Assembly: GCA_958296225.1 (NCBI GenBank)
Contig: OY282456.1
Coordinates: forward strand, 2,955,328-3,019,327
DNA length: 64,000 nt
From: an uncultured Dehalococcoidia bacterium
GTDB taxonomy: Bacteria > Chloroflexota > Dehalococcoidia > Lucifugimonadales > UBA3495
Direction: 5' to 3'
A program made the translations under genes and the position numbers. Below the pieces are notes generated by a model, which saw nothing but the letters and a program-made list of their open reading frames with translations, made no database searches and was not told the origin of the DNA. Below, in pieces: positions 9,731 to 21,393 of this stretch. Position 1 is the first letter of the stretch, and each line of letters starts with the position of its first letter.

Positions 9731-11185
9731 ATGCGTAAAACCAAGATTATCGCCACCATCGGCCCGTCATCCCGGTCGCCGGAAACGCTGGAGCGGTTAG
9801 TCGCCGCCGGTATGGACGTGGCCCGGCTCAACTTTTCCCACGGGACGCTGGAAGAGCACGCCGAGGTTATCGCCAACGTGCGCGCCGCATCGGAGCGACA
9901 TAACCGCCCGGTGGCAGTGCTGCAAGACCTGGGGGGGAACAAGTTCCGGTTGGGGCATATGGAGGAGCCGGCCCAGCTGAATTTTGGCGACCAAGTTTCG
10001 ATAATCAATGAAACGAGGTCTGAGTCCGCCGCGCGGCTGCCTTTTGCCGAGCCGGATATTTTAAGGAGCCTGCGGCCCGGCAACCTGGTGTACATTTCGG
10101 ACGGCACCGTGTGCCTTGAAGTGCAGGAGGTTACGCCGGAGCTGGAAGTGAAAACCCAGGTGCGTAACGGAGGCAATCTCTCGTCCTACAAGGGGGTTAA
10201 CCTGCCCGACGTGCCTATTGATATGCCGGTGATTACGGAGAGCGACAAGGTGGCCCTGCAATTCGGGGTGGAGCAGGAAGTGGACTGGGTGGCGTTGTCC
10301 TTCGTCCGCACGGGGGAGGATGTTCGCTACGCCCGGGCCTATCTGAACCAGCTGAACAGCCGCGCTCCGGTGATGGCCAAGCTGGAACGGCGGGAGTGCA
10401 TCACCAACCTGGACGATATTTTGCAGGAAGTGGACGGCATTATGGTGGCCCGGGGCGACCTGGGCGTGGAGATGCCCATGGAAGAGGTGCCGGTCATCCA
10501 GAAGGATATGGTGACCCGGGCCAACCGGGCGGGCAAGATTTCGTCGGTAGCCACGCAGATGCTGCGGTCGATGGTGAACTCGCCGACGCCGACGCGGGCG
10601 GAGGTGTCGGACATCGCCAACGCGGTGCTGGACGGCTGCGACTCGGTGCTGCTGTCCGATGAAATCGCCATCGGCGCGTATCCGGTGGAAGCGGTGCGTA
10701 TCGCCGACGCGGCCATCGTCCAGGCGGAAAGGATGTACCACTACTATACTGAGTTTCCGCAGCGGAACCAGACGCAGTCGGTTACCTGGGGCGCGACGCA
10801 GCTGACCAAGTCGCTGAATGCCAAGCCCATCGTCATCACCAGCACGGGCCGGGCGGCGTTTGAGATGTCGCGGTTCCGGCCGGAAAACGACATCCTGGTG
10901 TTTTCCCACGATGCGGCGGTGCAGCGCCGGGTCTGCATGGCCTGGGGGCTGGCGCCCAAGGGCGTGATACCCGCCGAACCGGACGTTGCCAAGCTGGTAA
11001 CGCTGCTGGTGGATGAGGCGATGGCCACCGGCATGGTGTCGGAGCGGGACGTGGTTACGCTGGTGCACGGCTTTATGACCGGCGTAACCGGCACTACCAA
11101 CACCATCCAGGTGCTGAACGTTGAGGAGTACCTGAACTATATCGGGCGCAACGCCGTGGCCCACGCCGCCCCCCAACCGGCATAG
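9731..11185 (+). CDS. pyk: pyruvate kinase
   Basis: RKTKIIATIGP, ARLNFSHG, MVARGDLGVE, ATQML.SM, PTRAEVSD. Confidence 0.97.
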   Translation: MRKTKIIATIGPSSRSPETLERLVAAGMDVARLNFSHGTLEEHAEVIANVRAASERHNRPVAVLQDLGGNKFRLGHMEEPAQLNFGDQVSIINETRSESAARLPFAEPDILRSLRPGNLVYISDGTVCLEVQEVTPELEVKTQVRNGGNLSSYKGVNLPDVPIDMPVITESDKVALQFGVEQEVDWVALSFVRTGEDVRYARAYLNQLNSRAPVMAKLERRECITNLDDILQEVDGIMVARGDLGVEMPMEEVPVIQKDMVTRANRAGKISSVATQMLRSMVNSPTPTRAEVSDIANAVLDGCDSVLLSDEIAIGAYPVEAVRIADAAIVQAERMYHYYTEFPQRNQTQSVTWGATQLTKSLNAKPIVITSTGRAAFEMSRFRPENDILVFSHDAAVQRRVCMAWGLAPKGVIPAEPDVAKLVTLLVDEAMATGMVSERDVVTLVHGFMTGVTGTTNTIQVLNVEEYLNYIGRNAVAHAAPQPA

Positions 11186-11219
11186 CGCATCCGGCATAAC
11201 GCGAAAGGAGACGGTGGAG

Positions 11220-11576
11220 ATGACGGAGCAGGAATACGCGCAATGCGCGCGCCGGTTTCTGGTGGATTCCGACCGGGAGTTTGCGGCCGGCGAACGGCAG
11301 CAGGCATCGGAAAAGCTGTACGGCGCGGCCAACGAAGCTTTGACCGCCATCGCGGTGCAGCGCGGCTGGAAACACCGCACGCACCGGGATATGAAAAATG
11401 CCGCCCAAAGGTTGGCGGACGAGCACGATGACCCGTTTCTGTCCACCGGGTTCAACACGGCGGAAAAATTTCACAAGAACTTTTTCCACGACGAGATGGA
11501 GGACTACGAAATTGAGGTCGACCGCCCCTATGTTCATCGGTACGTCAACCGCGTGCTGGCGCTGATGGTGGGCTGA
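11220..11576 (+). CDS. PaREP1/HEPN-like small protein, copy 1
   Basis: QASEKLYGAA, H...AEKFHKNF pattern. Confidence 0.7.
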   Translation: MTEQEYAQCARRFLVDSDREFAAGERQQASEKLYGAANEALTAIAVQRGWKHRTHRDMKNAAQRLADEHDDPFLSTGFNTAEKFHKNFFHDEMEDYEIEVDRPYVHRYVNRVLALMVG

Positions 11577-11666
11577 CGCTGTAATGCTCACCCTTTCTGT
11601 AGCCATACCGTCGCTCGGAATGGCGTGAGGACATCATTTGGCATAACGCAACCGGCATAACGCAAG

Positions 11667-12023
11667 ATGACGGAGCAGGAATACGCACAATGCGCGCGCC
11701 GGTTTCTGGTGGATTCCGACCGGGAGTTTGCCGCCGGCGAACGGCAGCAGGCATCGGAAAAGCTGTACGGCGCGGCCAACGAGGCGTTGACCGCCATCGC
11801 GGTGCAACGCGGCTGGAAACACCGCACGCACCGCGATATGAAAAATGCCAGCCAACGGTTGTCGGAGGAGTGCGGTGACCCGTTTCTAGTGGGTGGGTTC
11901 GCCATCGCCGAAAAATTTCACAAGAATTTTTTTCACGACGAGATGGAGGACTACGAAATTGAGATTGACCGTCCAGCGGTACACGAATACGTCAACCGGG
12001 TGCTGGCGCTGATGGCAGGCTGA
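11667..12023 (+). CDS. PaREP1/HEPN-like small protein, copy 2 (tandem duplicate)
   Basis: First ~60 aa identical to copy 1. Confidence 0.7.
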   Translation: MTEQEYAQCARRFLVDSDREFAAGERQQASEKLYGAANEALTAIAVQRGWKHRTHRDMKNASQRLSEECGDPFLVGGFAIAEKFHKNFFHDEMEDYEIEIDRPAVHEYVNRVLALMAG

Positions 12024-12076
12024 CGCTGTAATGCTCACCCTTTCTGTAGCCATACCGTCGCAAGGAGCAATGGACT

Positions 12077-12986
12077 ATGCAGGGTCAGGTGCTTGATTAT
12101 TCCATTCAAACCAACGAGGGAATTATCTCCGGCGTGGACGGCTCCCGCTATACTTTCAGCGGCTCCGAATGGCGTGAGGCGGTCACGCCATCTCGTGGTA
12201 TGACTGTTGACTTTGAAACGGAGGGGGCAAGGGCCGTTGGCGTGTACCGCGCTTTGGGGCGGGGCGCCGCCAACGCAACCCCAACCGACGCTGAACCCGG
12301 CGGGACTGCCGCGATGCAGGGGCAAGTGCTGGATTACTCCGTTCAGGCTAACGAGGGCGTCATCTCCGGGGATGACGGCATACGCTATACCTTCGCTGGC
12401 TCGGAATGGCGTGAGGACGTCATTCCCGCGCGCGGAATGCGTGTTGACTTTGCAGTGGATGGCAGTAACGCCGCCGGGGTGTACCGGGTATTGGGACGGG
12501 GCCAGTTCGCTGCGAACATTCAGGATTCGGTGAGTAGCGCTTTCTCCCGCTCCGGCGCAACCGGCTCCGAAATTACCCCGGGCAATCGGTTCGTTGGCTA
12601 CTTGGTCGAAGTAGGCATCAGGATTGGGCTTTCGATAGTCACCTGGTTGGTAATCGGACTGCCCCTTGGCATTGTCACCTTGGGCTCCGGCCTGTTTTTG
12701 ATGCCGATAATTGCGAGCGCAATGCTCTTCGGGTACTACTGGTTGATGTACGCCACACAGAGCGAGGGTCTTGGACACAAGGCAATCGGAGCGACTCTGA
12801 TTAACTACGCTACCGGGGAACCGCTGTCTATGGGCAGAGCCGCTGCGCGCCGGGGCGGTCACTGTCGGCTCGTGGCTTTTCCCCATTCCAACCCTGATTA
12901 ACGGCATAATGGTGCTTGCCAATGACGACCGCCGGCACCTCTACGACCTCATCGCCGGCACGCAGGTGGTGCGGAAGGAACGATAA
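12077..12986 (+). pseudogene. tandem cold-shock-like OB domains plus RDD domain protein, frameshifted near 12850
   Basis: Two MQGQVLDYS..NEG.ISG.DG.RYTF repeats; RDD tail RHLYDLIAGTQVV lies in the +1 frame ending at TAA 12986. Confidence 0.7.
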
Positions 12987-12988
12987 CG

Positions 12989-13013
12989 GAGCGGGTTTAA
13001 AATCGACCCCTAC
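12989..13013 (-). repeat. GTAG-type REP-like hairpin
   Basis: Reverse complement GTAGGGGTCGATTTTAAACCCGCTC between convergent genes. Confidence 0.5.
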
Positions 13014-13038
13014 CCGTTCTCAATACGGTCTTTGGCCG

Positions 13039-14487
13039 TTATTCCACAGCTATCGACCGCGGCAAATGACTGCCGCCGGATAGATACTGGTCAACGCCCC
13101 GGGCCACATCCCGGCCCTCGGCGATGGCCCACACTACCAGGGACTGGCCGCGCACCATATCGCCGCCGGCAAAGACGCCGGGCACCGAAGTCATTTTGTG
13201 GTTATCCACTTTGACGTTGCCGCGCCCGTCCAGCGCGACGCCCAATTGCTCCAGCATCCCGTCGTGTTCCGGGTGCAGGAAGCCCATGGCCAGCAGCACC
13301 AAATCGGCGTCCACGCTGAACTCGCTGCCGGGCACTTCGGACATCTGGAAACGGCCGTTGTCGCCGCGCGTCCAGTCCACCCGCACGGCGTGCAACCGGG
13401 AGACCTGCCCGTTGTCGCCGCTGAGGGACTTGGTGAGGATGTTGTAATCGCGGACGCCGCCCTCTTCGTGAGCGCCGGAGGTTCGCAGAATCATTGGCCA
13501 GTGGGGCCAGGGGTTGTCGTCCGGGCGTTCTTCGGGAGGCTCCGGCAACAGCTCGAACTGGTGGACAATTTCGGCGCCCTGGCGATGCGCGGTGCCCAGG
13601 CAGTCGGCCCCGGTGTCGCCGCCGCCGAGGATGATGACCCGCTTGCCTTCGGCGGTAATCCGGTTGGCGACGGTTTCGCCGGCCAGCGCGCGGTTCTGCT
13701 GGGGCAGATAGTCCATCGCAAAATGCACGCCGTCCAACTCCCGGCCCGGCACGTCCAGGTTGCGGGCCTGGGTGGAGCCGCCGGTAAGACACACCGCGTC
13801 ATACTCCTGCAACAGCTGCTCCGCCGGATAGTTGACGCCTACGTTGACGCCGGTGCGGAACGCAATGCCTTCCGCCGCCATCAGGTCAACGCGCCGCTGC
13901 ACTACCGACTTTTCCAGCTTGAAATCGGGGATGCCCAGCATCAGCAGGCCGCCGATGTAGTCGGCCCTTTCCAGCACGGTTACGGTGTGTCCGGCCCGGT
14001 TCAGCTGCTGGGCGGCGGCCAGACCGGCGGGGCCGCTGCCCACCACGGCCACCGTCTTGCCGGTGCGGGCGGCCGGGGGCATCGGCTTAATCCAGCCCTG
14101 CTCGAACCCGCGGTCGCTAATCTCTTTCTCAATGTACTCAATGGTAACCGGGTCGGAGTTGATGCTCAACACGCAGGAAGCTTCACAGGGCGCGGGGCAG
14201 ATGCGTCCGGTAAATTCGGGGAAGTTGTTGGTGCTCAGCAGCACTTCCAGCGCACTTTCCCAATTGCCCAGATAGACCTGGTGGTTGAAATCCGGTATCA
14301 CGTTCCCCAGCGGGCAGCCCATATGACAGAAGGGCACGGCGCAATCCATACAGCGCCCGCCCTGCTCTCTGGCCTGCGCGTCGGACCAGCGATGATAATA
14401 TTCCCGGTAGTCGCCGATGCGCGCCGCCGGGGGGCGACGTTGGGGCGCGCCCCGCCTGAACTCCATGAAGCCGGTGACTTTACCCAT
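13039..14487 (-). CDS. gltD: glutamate synthase small subunit
   Basis: [42 protein letters not shown]. Confidence 0.97.
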   Translation of the reverse strand: MGKVTGFMEFRRGAPQRRPPAARIGDYREYYHRWSDAQAREQGGRCMDCAVPFCHMGCPLGNVIPDFNHQVYLGNWESALEVLLSTNNFPEFTGRICPAPCEASCVLSINSDPVTIEYIEKEISDRGFEQGWIKPMPPAARTGKTVAVVGSGPAGLAAAQQLNRAGHTVTVLERADYIGGLLMLGIPDFKLEKSVVQRRVDLMAAEGIAFRTGVNVGVNYPAEQLLQEYDAVCLTGGSTQARNLDVPGRELDGVHFAMDYLPQQNRALAGETVANRITAEGKRVIILGGGDTGADCLGTAHRQGAEIVHQFELLPEPPEERPDDNPWPHWPMILRTSGAHEEGGVRDYNILTKSLSGDNGQVSRLHAVRVDWTRGDNGRFQMSEVPGSEFSVDADLVLLAMGFLHPEHDGMLEQLGVALDGRGNVKVDNHKMTSVPGVFAGGDMVRGQSLVVWAIAEGRDVARGVDQYLSGGSHLPRSIAVE

Positions 14488-17400
14488 TGCTTACCGCCAC
14501 CAATTCGGCCGCCGCCCGCTGCGCGCGCTCTTGCAAGACCCGGCGGTAGTCGCGCGGCATCACTTTGTGGAACTTGCCGATGCTGGCCCGCCAGTCGTCA
14601 AGGATGCGTTGCGCCGGGCCGCTGCCGGTGCGTTCCAGATGCTCGGTCAAGAGGCGGTGCAGGATGTCGATGTCCTCTTGCTCAGTCAAGTCTTCCAGGT
14701 CGGCCATGCCGGCGTTAAAGCGGATGTGGAAATCGCCGTCCGGGTCGTACACGAAGGCGATGCCGCCGCTCATGCCGGCGGCGAAATTGCGTCCGGCGCT
14801 GCCGATGACGGCTACGACGCCGCCGGTCATATACTCGCAGCCGTGGTCGCCGACGCCTTCCACCACGGCGCGGGCGCCGCTGTTGCGGACGGCGAACCGT
14901 TCGCCGGCCCGTCCGCGGATGAACACGTCGCCGCCGGTGGCGCCGTAGAGCGCGACGTTGCCGATGATGATGTTGTCTTCCGGCACGAACCTGGAACCGT
15001 CGGGCGGCACGATGACGATGCGCCCGCCGCCGATGCCCTTGCCCATATAGTCGTTGGTATCCCCGGCCAGCCGGATGGAAACGCCGGGGGCCAGGAAAGC
15101 GCCGAAACTCTGGCCGCCGGAGCCGGCCAGATTGATGTTGATAGTATCATCGGGCAGCCCGTCCTCGCCGTACTGGCGCGCCACCCGTCCGCTGAGCATT
15201 GCGCCCACGGTGCGGTTGGAGTTGCTCACCGGCAGGCTGATTGCGACCGGGGCGCCGTAGTCGATGGCGGGCTGGGCCTGAGCGATGAGTTGGTGGTCCA
15301 AGGCGCGTTCCAGCCCGTGGTCCTGGTCAAAGCAGCAGTAAGTCGGTACGCGCTGGGCGCGCGTCGGCATCGTGAGCAGGCGGGAGAGGTCAATGCCTGA
15401 CGCCTTCCAGTGCGCCACGGCCGGGCGGGTTTCCAGCATATCTACCCGGCCCACCATCTCGGCCACGGTGCGGAAGCCGAGGGCGGCCATAATCTCCCGC
15501 AGCTCTTCGGCCACGAAGTAGAAATAGTTGACCAGATGGCCCGGCTGGCCGGCAAAACGTTTGCGGAGTTCGGGGTCTTGCGTAGCGATGCCCACCGAGC
15601 AGGTGTTCAGGTGGCACTTGCGGAGCATGATGCAGCCGTTGACGATGAGGGCGGAGGTGGCCATGCCGAACTCTTCGGCGCCCAGCAGGGCGGCGATGGC
15701 AACGTCGCGACCGGTTTTCAGCTGGCCGTCGGTCTGCACTACGATGCGACTGCGGAGGTCGTTGGTGACGAGCACCTGCTGGGTCTCGGCTACGCCCAGC
15801 TCCCAGGGGAGGCCGGCGTGCTTGATGGAGGACTCCGGCGATGCGCCAGTGCCCCCGTCGTGGCCGCTGATGAGCACCACGTCGCCGTGACCTTTGGAGA
15901 CGCCGGCGGCGATAGTGCCAACGCCAACTTCGGACACCAGCTTGACGTGGATTCGGGCCTCCGGGTTGATGTTTTTCAGGTCGTGGATGAGCTGGGCCAG
16001 GTCTTCAATGGAGTAGATGTCGTGGTGGGGCGGCGGCGAAATCAGCTCCACGCCGGGGGTGGTGTGGCGCACCCAGCCGATGTACTCGTCAACCTTGTGG
16101 CCGGGCAGTTGACCGCCCTCGCCGGGCTTGGAGCCCTGGGCCATCTTGATTTGCAGGTCGGTGGCGTTGACCAGGTAGTTGGGGGTAACGCCGAAACGTC
16201 CTGACGCTACCTGTTTGATGGCGCTGGAGCGGTCGTCGCCGTTGTCGTCGGGGGCGTAGCGATGATAGTCCTCGCCGCCTTCGCCGGTATTGCTGCGCGC
16301 GCCCAGGCGGTTCATGGCGATGGCCATGGTTTCGTGGGCCTCGCGGCTGATGGAACCCAGCGAAATGGCGCCGGTGGCAAACCGCTTGACGATTGCCACG
16401 GCCGGCTCAACCTCGTTGATGGGAATGGACTCGCCGGCCTTGAACTCCAGCAGGCCGCGCAGGGTAGCCATCTTGCGGCTCTGGTCGTTGACCTGCTCGG
16501 CGAACTCCCGGTAGGCGCGGGGGTCATTGGCGCGGGTGGCGTACTGCAGCTTGGCGATGGCCTCCGGGTTCCACTGGTGAAACTCGCCGTGGCGACGCCA
16601 TTGATACTGGCCGCCCATGTCCAATTCCTGCATCCCCGGCACGAAGGGGTCGTCAAAAGCGGATTGATGACGCTGCAAGGTTTCGGCCTCAACTGTTGCC
16701 AGCCCGATACCCTGGATGCGCGAGGGGGTGCGAGTGAAGTAGCGGTCAACCAGGTCATCGTTCAGGCCGATGGCCTCGAATATCTGCGCGCCCCGGTAGG
16801 ATTGCACGGTGGAAATGCCCATCTTGGACATCACTTTGAGGATGCCCTTTTCGTTGGCCTTGATGAAATTAGAGACGGCGTAGTCAGGCTTGGTGCCGTT
16901 CAGTTCGCCGCGTTCGGCCAGGTCGCGCACCGATTCCAGCGCCAGATAAGGATTGATGCCGCCGGCCCCGTAGCCGATGAGCAGGCAGATGTGCTGCACT
17001 TCCCGCGGCTCGCCCGATTCAACTACCAGGCCGACGCGGGTGCGAGTGCCTTCCCGCGTCAGGTGTTGGTGCACGGCGCCGGTGGCCAGCAGGCTGGGGA
17101 TGGGCGCCTGGCCGGCGTCCACGCCCCGGTCGGACAGGATGATGATGTTCTTGCCGTCGGCGATGGCCTGGGAGGCGGCGGCGCACAGGTTATCGAGAGC
17201 TTGGGGTATGGAACCGGCGCGGGCGTCGAACAGGGTGGACAAGGTTACTGACGCGAGGCCGGGCAGGTCCAGGGCGCGGATTTGAGCCAGCTGTTCGTCG
17301 GTGAGCAGCGGGGATTTAAGGCGCAGCTGCCGGCAGTGCCAGGGGCTTTCGTCAAAAAGGTTCTGCTCGCTGCCGATAAAGGCTTCCAGCGATGTAACCA

Positions 17401-19027
17401 GTTCCTCGCGGATGGCGTCCAGCGGCGGGTTGGAGACCTGGGCAAACAGCTGCTTGAAATAGTCGAACAGCAAGCGGTTCTGGTCGGACAGCACGGCCAG
17501 GGAGGCGTCGTTGCCCATGGAGCCGATGGCTTCGTAGCCGGCGGCGGCCATGGGGGTGGTAAGCATCCGCAGTTCCTCAATGGTGTAGCCGAAGGCGCGC
17601 TGCTGCTGGCGGAGGTTGTCGCCACCGGCCGGCGGCAGGGGCGATGCTTCCGGCAGATTGGCCAGGTCAACCTTGTTTTCCCGGAGCCATTCACCGTAGG
17701 GTTGTTTGTTGGCCAGGGTGTGCTTCAGTTCCTCATCGCCGATGATGCGGCCCGCGTCGAAACTGACCAGGAACATACGGCCCGGCTGGAGGCGGCCTTT
17801 CTCCTTGATGCTGGCGGCCGGCAAGTCCAGCACGCCGGTTTCCGACGCCATTACCAGTTTGTCGTCGTGGGTTACGGTGTAACGGAAGGGGCGCAGGCCG
17901 TTGCGGTCGAGGACGGCGCACACGTCCTTGCCGTCGGTGGCGAGCATCATGGCCGGGCCGTCCCACGGTTCCATCATCGCCGAGTGGAATTCGTAGAAAT
18001 CCTTTTTCTCCTGGGGCATGGTTTCGTGCTGGTCCCACGCTTCGGGAATCATCATCAGCATGGCGTGGGCCAGTTCGCGGCCGGTCATCACCAGCAGCTC
18101 CAGGGCGTTGTCGAAGCTGGCGGTGTCGCTGGCCTGCGGGTCGCAGATGGGGGCCAGCTTGTGGATGTCGTCGCCGTACAGGGGCGAACTGAACTGGTAC
18201 TCGCGGGCGTGCATCCAGTTGATGTTGCCGCGCAGGGTGTTGATTTCGCCGTTGTGCGCCAGATAACGATAAGGATGCGCCAGCTTCCAATGCCCCAAGG
18301 TGTTGGTGCTGAAGCGGGAATGCACCAGAGCGAAGGCCGATACCAGCGATTCGTCGTTCAGGTCAAGGTAGAATCCGGCCAGTTGATAGGAAACCAGCAG
18401 CCCCTTATAGACCACGGTGTTGCAGCTCAGGCTGCACAGGTAGAAAAAGTCGGCGTCGTCCGCGCTGATGCCGGTTTCATCCAGGGTGTTGGATATTACT
18501 TTGCGCACGACGTACAGCTTGCGTTCCAGCGCCGCCCGGTCGGGCGTATCAGCGGCGCCTTTGCCGACGAAAAACTGCCGGATGGTGGGGCAGACTTCGC
18601 GCGCGTCCCGGCCAATGACCGCATGGTTGAGGGGCACGGCGCGCCAGCCCAGGAAGGTCAAGCCTTCGTTGGCGACGACGGTTTCGATATGGGCGATGCA
18701 GGTCGCCAGCGCGCCCGCGTCCTGGGGCAGAAACGCCATGCCGACGCCGTATTCACCCTCTGCGGGCAGGCTGATGCCGATGCCGGCAGTGACTTTGCGG
18801 AAGAATGCGTCGGGCATCTGCACCAGGATGCCGGCGCCGTCGCCGGTGTCGGGGTCGGAGCCGGACGCGCCGCGATGCCCCAGGTTGTTGAGCACCTGCA
18901 AAGATTCGGTGACGATGGCGTGGGTCTTTTCGCCCTTGATGTTGGCGACCATGCCCACGCCGCAGGCATCGTGTTCTTGCGCGGTGGAGTATAAGCCGGA
19001 TTGTGCCAACTCTTGGAGCGAATTCAT
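14480..19027 (-). CDS. gltB: glutamate synthase large subunit
   Basis: [43 protein letters not shown]. Confidence 0.98.
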   Translation of the reverse strand: MNSLQELAQSGLYSTAQEHDACGVGMVANIKGEKTHAIVTESLQVLNNLGHRGASGSDPDTGDGAGILVQMPDAFFRKVTAGIGISLPAEGEYGVGMAFLPQDAGALATCIAHIETVVANEGLTFLGWRAVPLNHAVIGRDAREVCPTIRQFFVGKGAADTPDRAALERKLYVVRKVISNTLDETGISADDADFFYLCSLSCNTVVYKGLLVSYQLAGFYLDLNDESLVSAFALVHSRFSTNTLGHWKLAHPYRYLAHNGEINTLRGNINWMHAREYQFSSPLYGDDIHKLAPICDPQASDTASFDNALELLVMTGRELAHAMLMMIPEAWDQHETMPQEKKDFYEFHSAMMEPWDGPAMMLATDGKDVCAVLDRNGLRPFRYTVTHDDKLVMASETGVLDLPAASIKEKGRLQPGRMFLVSFDAGRIIGDEELKHTLANKQPYGEWLRENKVDLANLPEASPLPPAGGDNLRQQQRAFGYTIEELRMLTTPMAAAGYEAIGSMGNDASLAVLSDQNRLLFDYFKQLFAQVSNPPLDAIREELVTSLEAFIGSEQNLFDESPWHCRQLRLKSPLLTDEQLAQIRALDLPGLASVTLSTLFDARAGSIPQALDNLCAAASQAIADGKNIIILSDRGVDAGQAPIPSLLATGAVHQHLTREGTRTRVGLVVESGEPREVQHICLLIGYGAGGINPYLALESVRDLAERGELNGTKPDYAVSNFIKANEKGILKVMSKMGISTVQSYRGAQIFEAIGLNDDLVDRYFTRTPSRIQGIGLATVEAETLQRHQSAFDDPFVPGMQELDMGGQYQWRRHGEFHQWNPEAIAKLQYATRANDPRAYREFAEQVNDQSRKMATLRGLLEFKAGESIPINEVEPAVAIVKRFATGAISLGSISREAHETMAIAMNRLGARSNTGEGGEDYHRYAPDDNGDDRSSAIKQVASGRFGVTPNYLVNATDLQIKMAQGSKPGEGGQLPGHKVDEYIGWVRHTTPGVELISPPPHHDIYSIEDLAQLIHDLKNINPEARIHVKLVSEVGVGTIAAGVSKGHGDVVLISGHDGGTGASPESSIKHAGLPWELGVAETQQVLVTNDLRSRIVVQTDGQLKTGRDVAIAALLGAEEFGMATSALIVNGCIMLRKCHLNTCSVGIATQDPELRKRFAGQPGHLVNYFYFVAEELREIMAALGFRTVAEMVGRVDMLETRPAVAHWKASGIDLSRLLTMPTRAQRVPTYCCFDQDHGLERALDHQLIAQAQPAIDYGAPVAISLPVSNSNRTVGAMLSGRVARQYGEDGLPDDTININLAGSGGQSFGAFLAPGVSIRLAGDTNDYMGKGIGGGRIVIVPPDGSRFVPEDNIIIGNVALYGATGGDVFIRGRAGERFAVRNSGARAVVEGVGDHGCEYMTGGVVAVIGSAGRNFAAGMSGGIAFVYDPDGDFHIRFNAGMADLEDLTEQEDIDILHRLLTEHLERTGSGPAQRILDDWRASIGKFHKVMPRDYRRVLQERAQRAAAELVAVSNG

Positions 19028-19248
19028 AGCGTTACCCCTGCTCACAATAAAACAAAAGCCACCGGCAGGCGAGGGGGGGCGGCAGCCCCATCCTCACTGG
19101 GCAAATCGGAACAGCCGCGCCGCCGGCAGGATTGCTTGTGTAATATATCACAAACGCCGGGGATTGCAAGGCGGGCGCGGCGCGGCCTATACTGCACGTT
19201 GCCGGCGGCGGCGCAATCCCGCCCCCGCCGCGCCCAGGAGCAGCCGAT

Positions 19249-19818
19249 ATGGAAATAACGCCGTTGCAAGCCTTTTACGGCAGCATGATGATAGTGATGC
19301 TGGCCGCGCTGTTGACCATCGTTTTCCGTCAGGGGCAGTCGCCGACCCGCAAGGAAATGCACGATTTGCACCAGCAGCTGCGCGAGGAGCTGCGCGCCGA
19401 AATCAGGGAGGCCGTCAATGCGGCGGTCAGGGAAATCTGCGCCGATATGAGTCGTCAGATAGAGGGCGTGAATCACCGGATAGACGCCTTGGAAGAGAGC
19501 GTGAATCACCGAATAGACGCCTTGGAAGCCAGCGTGAATCACCGGATAGACGCCGTGAATTACCGGATAGACGCCGTGGAAGCCAGCGTGAATCACCGGA
19601 TAGACGCCTTGGGAGAGAGCGTGAATCACCGAATAGACAGCGTGAATTACCGGATAGACGCCTTGGAAGAGAGCGTGAATTACCGGATGGACGGATTGCG
19701 GCAGGACATCACCCGGGTGCTGAACGCGCTGGCCAATCACGAGCATATTGATGGGCGCGTGATGATTACCGCCCAACCCGATGCCGAACCGTCCCCGGCT
19801 GTTGCCGCTGACAACTAG
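19249..19818 (+). CDS. membrane-anchored coiled-coil repeat protein with HxH tail
   Basis: N-terminal TM helix; 33-bp and 21-bp repeats (VNHRIDALEES/VNYRIDA); ALANHEH. Confidence 0.7.
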   Translation: MEITPLQAFYGSMMIVMLAALLTIVFRQGQSPTRKEMHDLHQQLREELRAEIREAVNAAVREICADMSRQIEGVNHRIDALEESVNHRIDALEASVNHRIDAVNYRIDAVEASVNHRIDALGESVNHRIDSVNYRIDALEESVNYRMDGLRQDITRVLNALANHEHIDGRVMITAQPDAEPSPAVAADN

Positions 19819-19833
19819 GCCCAGGCTGCCGCT

Positions 19834-20196
19834 ATGACTACCGTAAACACACTGACACCCACCGATGTAGCCCGGCTGGCCGTGGACGTGGCCGCCGACA
19901 AGCTGGCGTCCGATATTGTGATGCTGGACCTGCGTATGTTGACCGTTTTCGCCGACTATTTCGTGGTGATGACCGCCGACTCGGCGCGCCAGATTGAAGC
20001 CCTGGAAGAGGACCTGTCCAACGCGATGAAAGAGGCGGGAGTGGCCCGGCATCACCGGGAGGGCACGCCGGCGTCCGGCTGGGTTTTGCTGGACTTTGCC
20101 GATGTGGTAATCCACATTTTCGGGCCGGAGGAGCGGGAGTTTTTCGGGCTGGAGCGGCTGTGGAACCGCGCTACCCAGGTGGTCAGGATTCTGTAA
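19834..20196 (+). CDS. rsfS: ribosome silencing factor
   Basis: [39 protein letters not shown]. Confidence 0.95.
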   Translation: MTTVNTLTPTDVARLAVDVAADKLASDIVMLDLRMLTVFADYFVVMTADSARQIEALEEDLSNAMKEAGVARHHREGTPASGWVLLDFADVVIHIFGPEEREFFGLERLWNRATQVVRIL

Positions 20197-20635
20197 TCCA
20201 CCGGTCGGCGCTGCGGGAATAATCCAGCGCGTCCCCGGCCCCGAAGAACAGCCCAATCTCTCGTTCCGCCGACTCCGGGCTGTCGGAACCGTGGACGATG
20301 TTGCGCCCGATGTCGATGCCCAGGTCGCCCCGGATGGTGCCGGGCGCCGCCTCTCCCGGATTGGTTGACCCCATAGTTTGCCGGGCCAGGGCCACGGCAT
20401 TGGCCGCCTCCCAAATCATCGCCACGATGGGGCCGGACGTGATGAACGACACCAGCGACGGGAAAAAGGGCCGGTTGACGTGCTCCGCATAGTGGCGGCC
20501 GGCCAGGTCGGCATCAACCTGCATCAAGCGGATGGCAACCAGTTTGAGGCCCCGTCTTTCCAGCCGCGAGATGACTTCTCCGATAAGTCCGCGCTGTACG
20601 CCGTCCGGTTTAATTGCAATGAAGGTTCGTGCCAT
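20183..20635 (-). CDS. ndk: nucleoside diphosphate kinase
   Basis: [25 protein letters not shown]. Confidence 0.97.
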   Translation of the reverse strand: MARTFIAIKPDGVQRGLIGEVISRLERRGLKLVAIRLMQVDADLAGRHYAEHVNRPFFPSLVSFITSGPIVAMIWEAANAVALARQTMGSTNPGEAAPGTIRGDLGIDIGRNIVHGSDSPESAEREIGLFFGAGDALDYSRSADRWITES

Positions 20636-20673
20636 GGGGTTGAGCGCTCCTGTTAGTTGATGACGTTCCGATG

Positions 20674-21393
20674 CTAGCGAGCGGGCAGCGAGGGCCGGCC
20701 TTGCCGCACCCGGTCCCGTTGTCTGGGCGCGCCGATAGTGGGCATTCGCAGGTAATAGGGCTGTAACGTTGCCAGGTCGCCGGCTTCGCCCCGGGCGATG
20801 CGTCGCGCGCCTTCGGAGGCCAGCTGCCACAGCCGGGCCGCCGGTGTCCACGGCGCTAGGGCGGCCCGGTTGGCTCCGGCGGCGCGGATGGTATCAGCGC
20901 GGGCTGAGGCAGCCTCGCCGCAGTAGGCGACCGTCGCAAAGTTGGCGGAATCCTGACGCAGCAGTTCCTCCGGCGGGGCGATGGCATCCGCGGCCAAACG
21001 GTTGCCGTGGCCATCGAACCAGGCGGCTGCCACCTCATTGCGCCCGGCTTCCAGCCAGGCCGACACCACGGCGGCGGTCTTAAAGTGCGGCCCGGCTTCC
21101 AGCTCCAGGGTGTCGATGCCGATGATGGGGAACCCGGCCGCCATGGCCAGGCCCTTGGCGGCGCTGACCCCGACCCGCAAAGCGCTGAATGGCCCCGGCC
21201 CCAGCGCCACGGCAACGCCGGTTAGCCCGGATGCCCGGATGCGCTGCGCCGCCAGCAGTTCCGCCACCGCCGGCATCAGCTGTGCCGTGTGGTTGGCGGT
21301 GGCGCGCCAGAGGCGGGCTTCAATGACGGCGCCGGCGGCATCGGCCAGCGCCGCGCCGCCGCAGCGGGATGAGGTGTCAATCGCCAGCAGCAT
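20674..21393 (-). CDS. tsaB: tRNA threonylcarbamoyladenosine biosynthesis protein TsaB
   Basis: [25 protein letters not shown]. Confidence 0.9.
   Translation of the reverse strand: MLLAIDTSSRCGGAALADAAGAVIEARLWRATANHTAQLMPAVAELLAAQRIRASGLTGVAVALGPGPFSALRVGVSAAKGLAMAAGFPIIGIDTLELEAGPHFKTAAVVSAWLEAGRNEVAAAWFDGHGNRLAADAIAPPEELLRQDSANFATVAYCGEAASARADTIRAAGANRAALAPWTPAARLWQLASEGARRIARGEAGDLATLQPYYLRMPTIGAPRQRDRVRQGRPSLPAR

Noticed and set aside
13198-18994. Long plus-strand ORFs antisense to gltBD, and similar shadow ORFs across the window
   Set aside because: Expected mirror frames of high-GC3 genes; no motifs
19460-19700. Regular 21-33-bp repeats as a possible CRISPR array
   Set aside because: In-frame coding repeats without unique spacers; no cas genes
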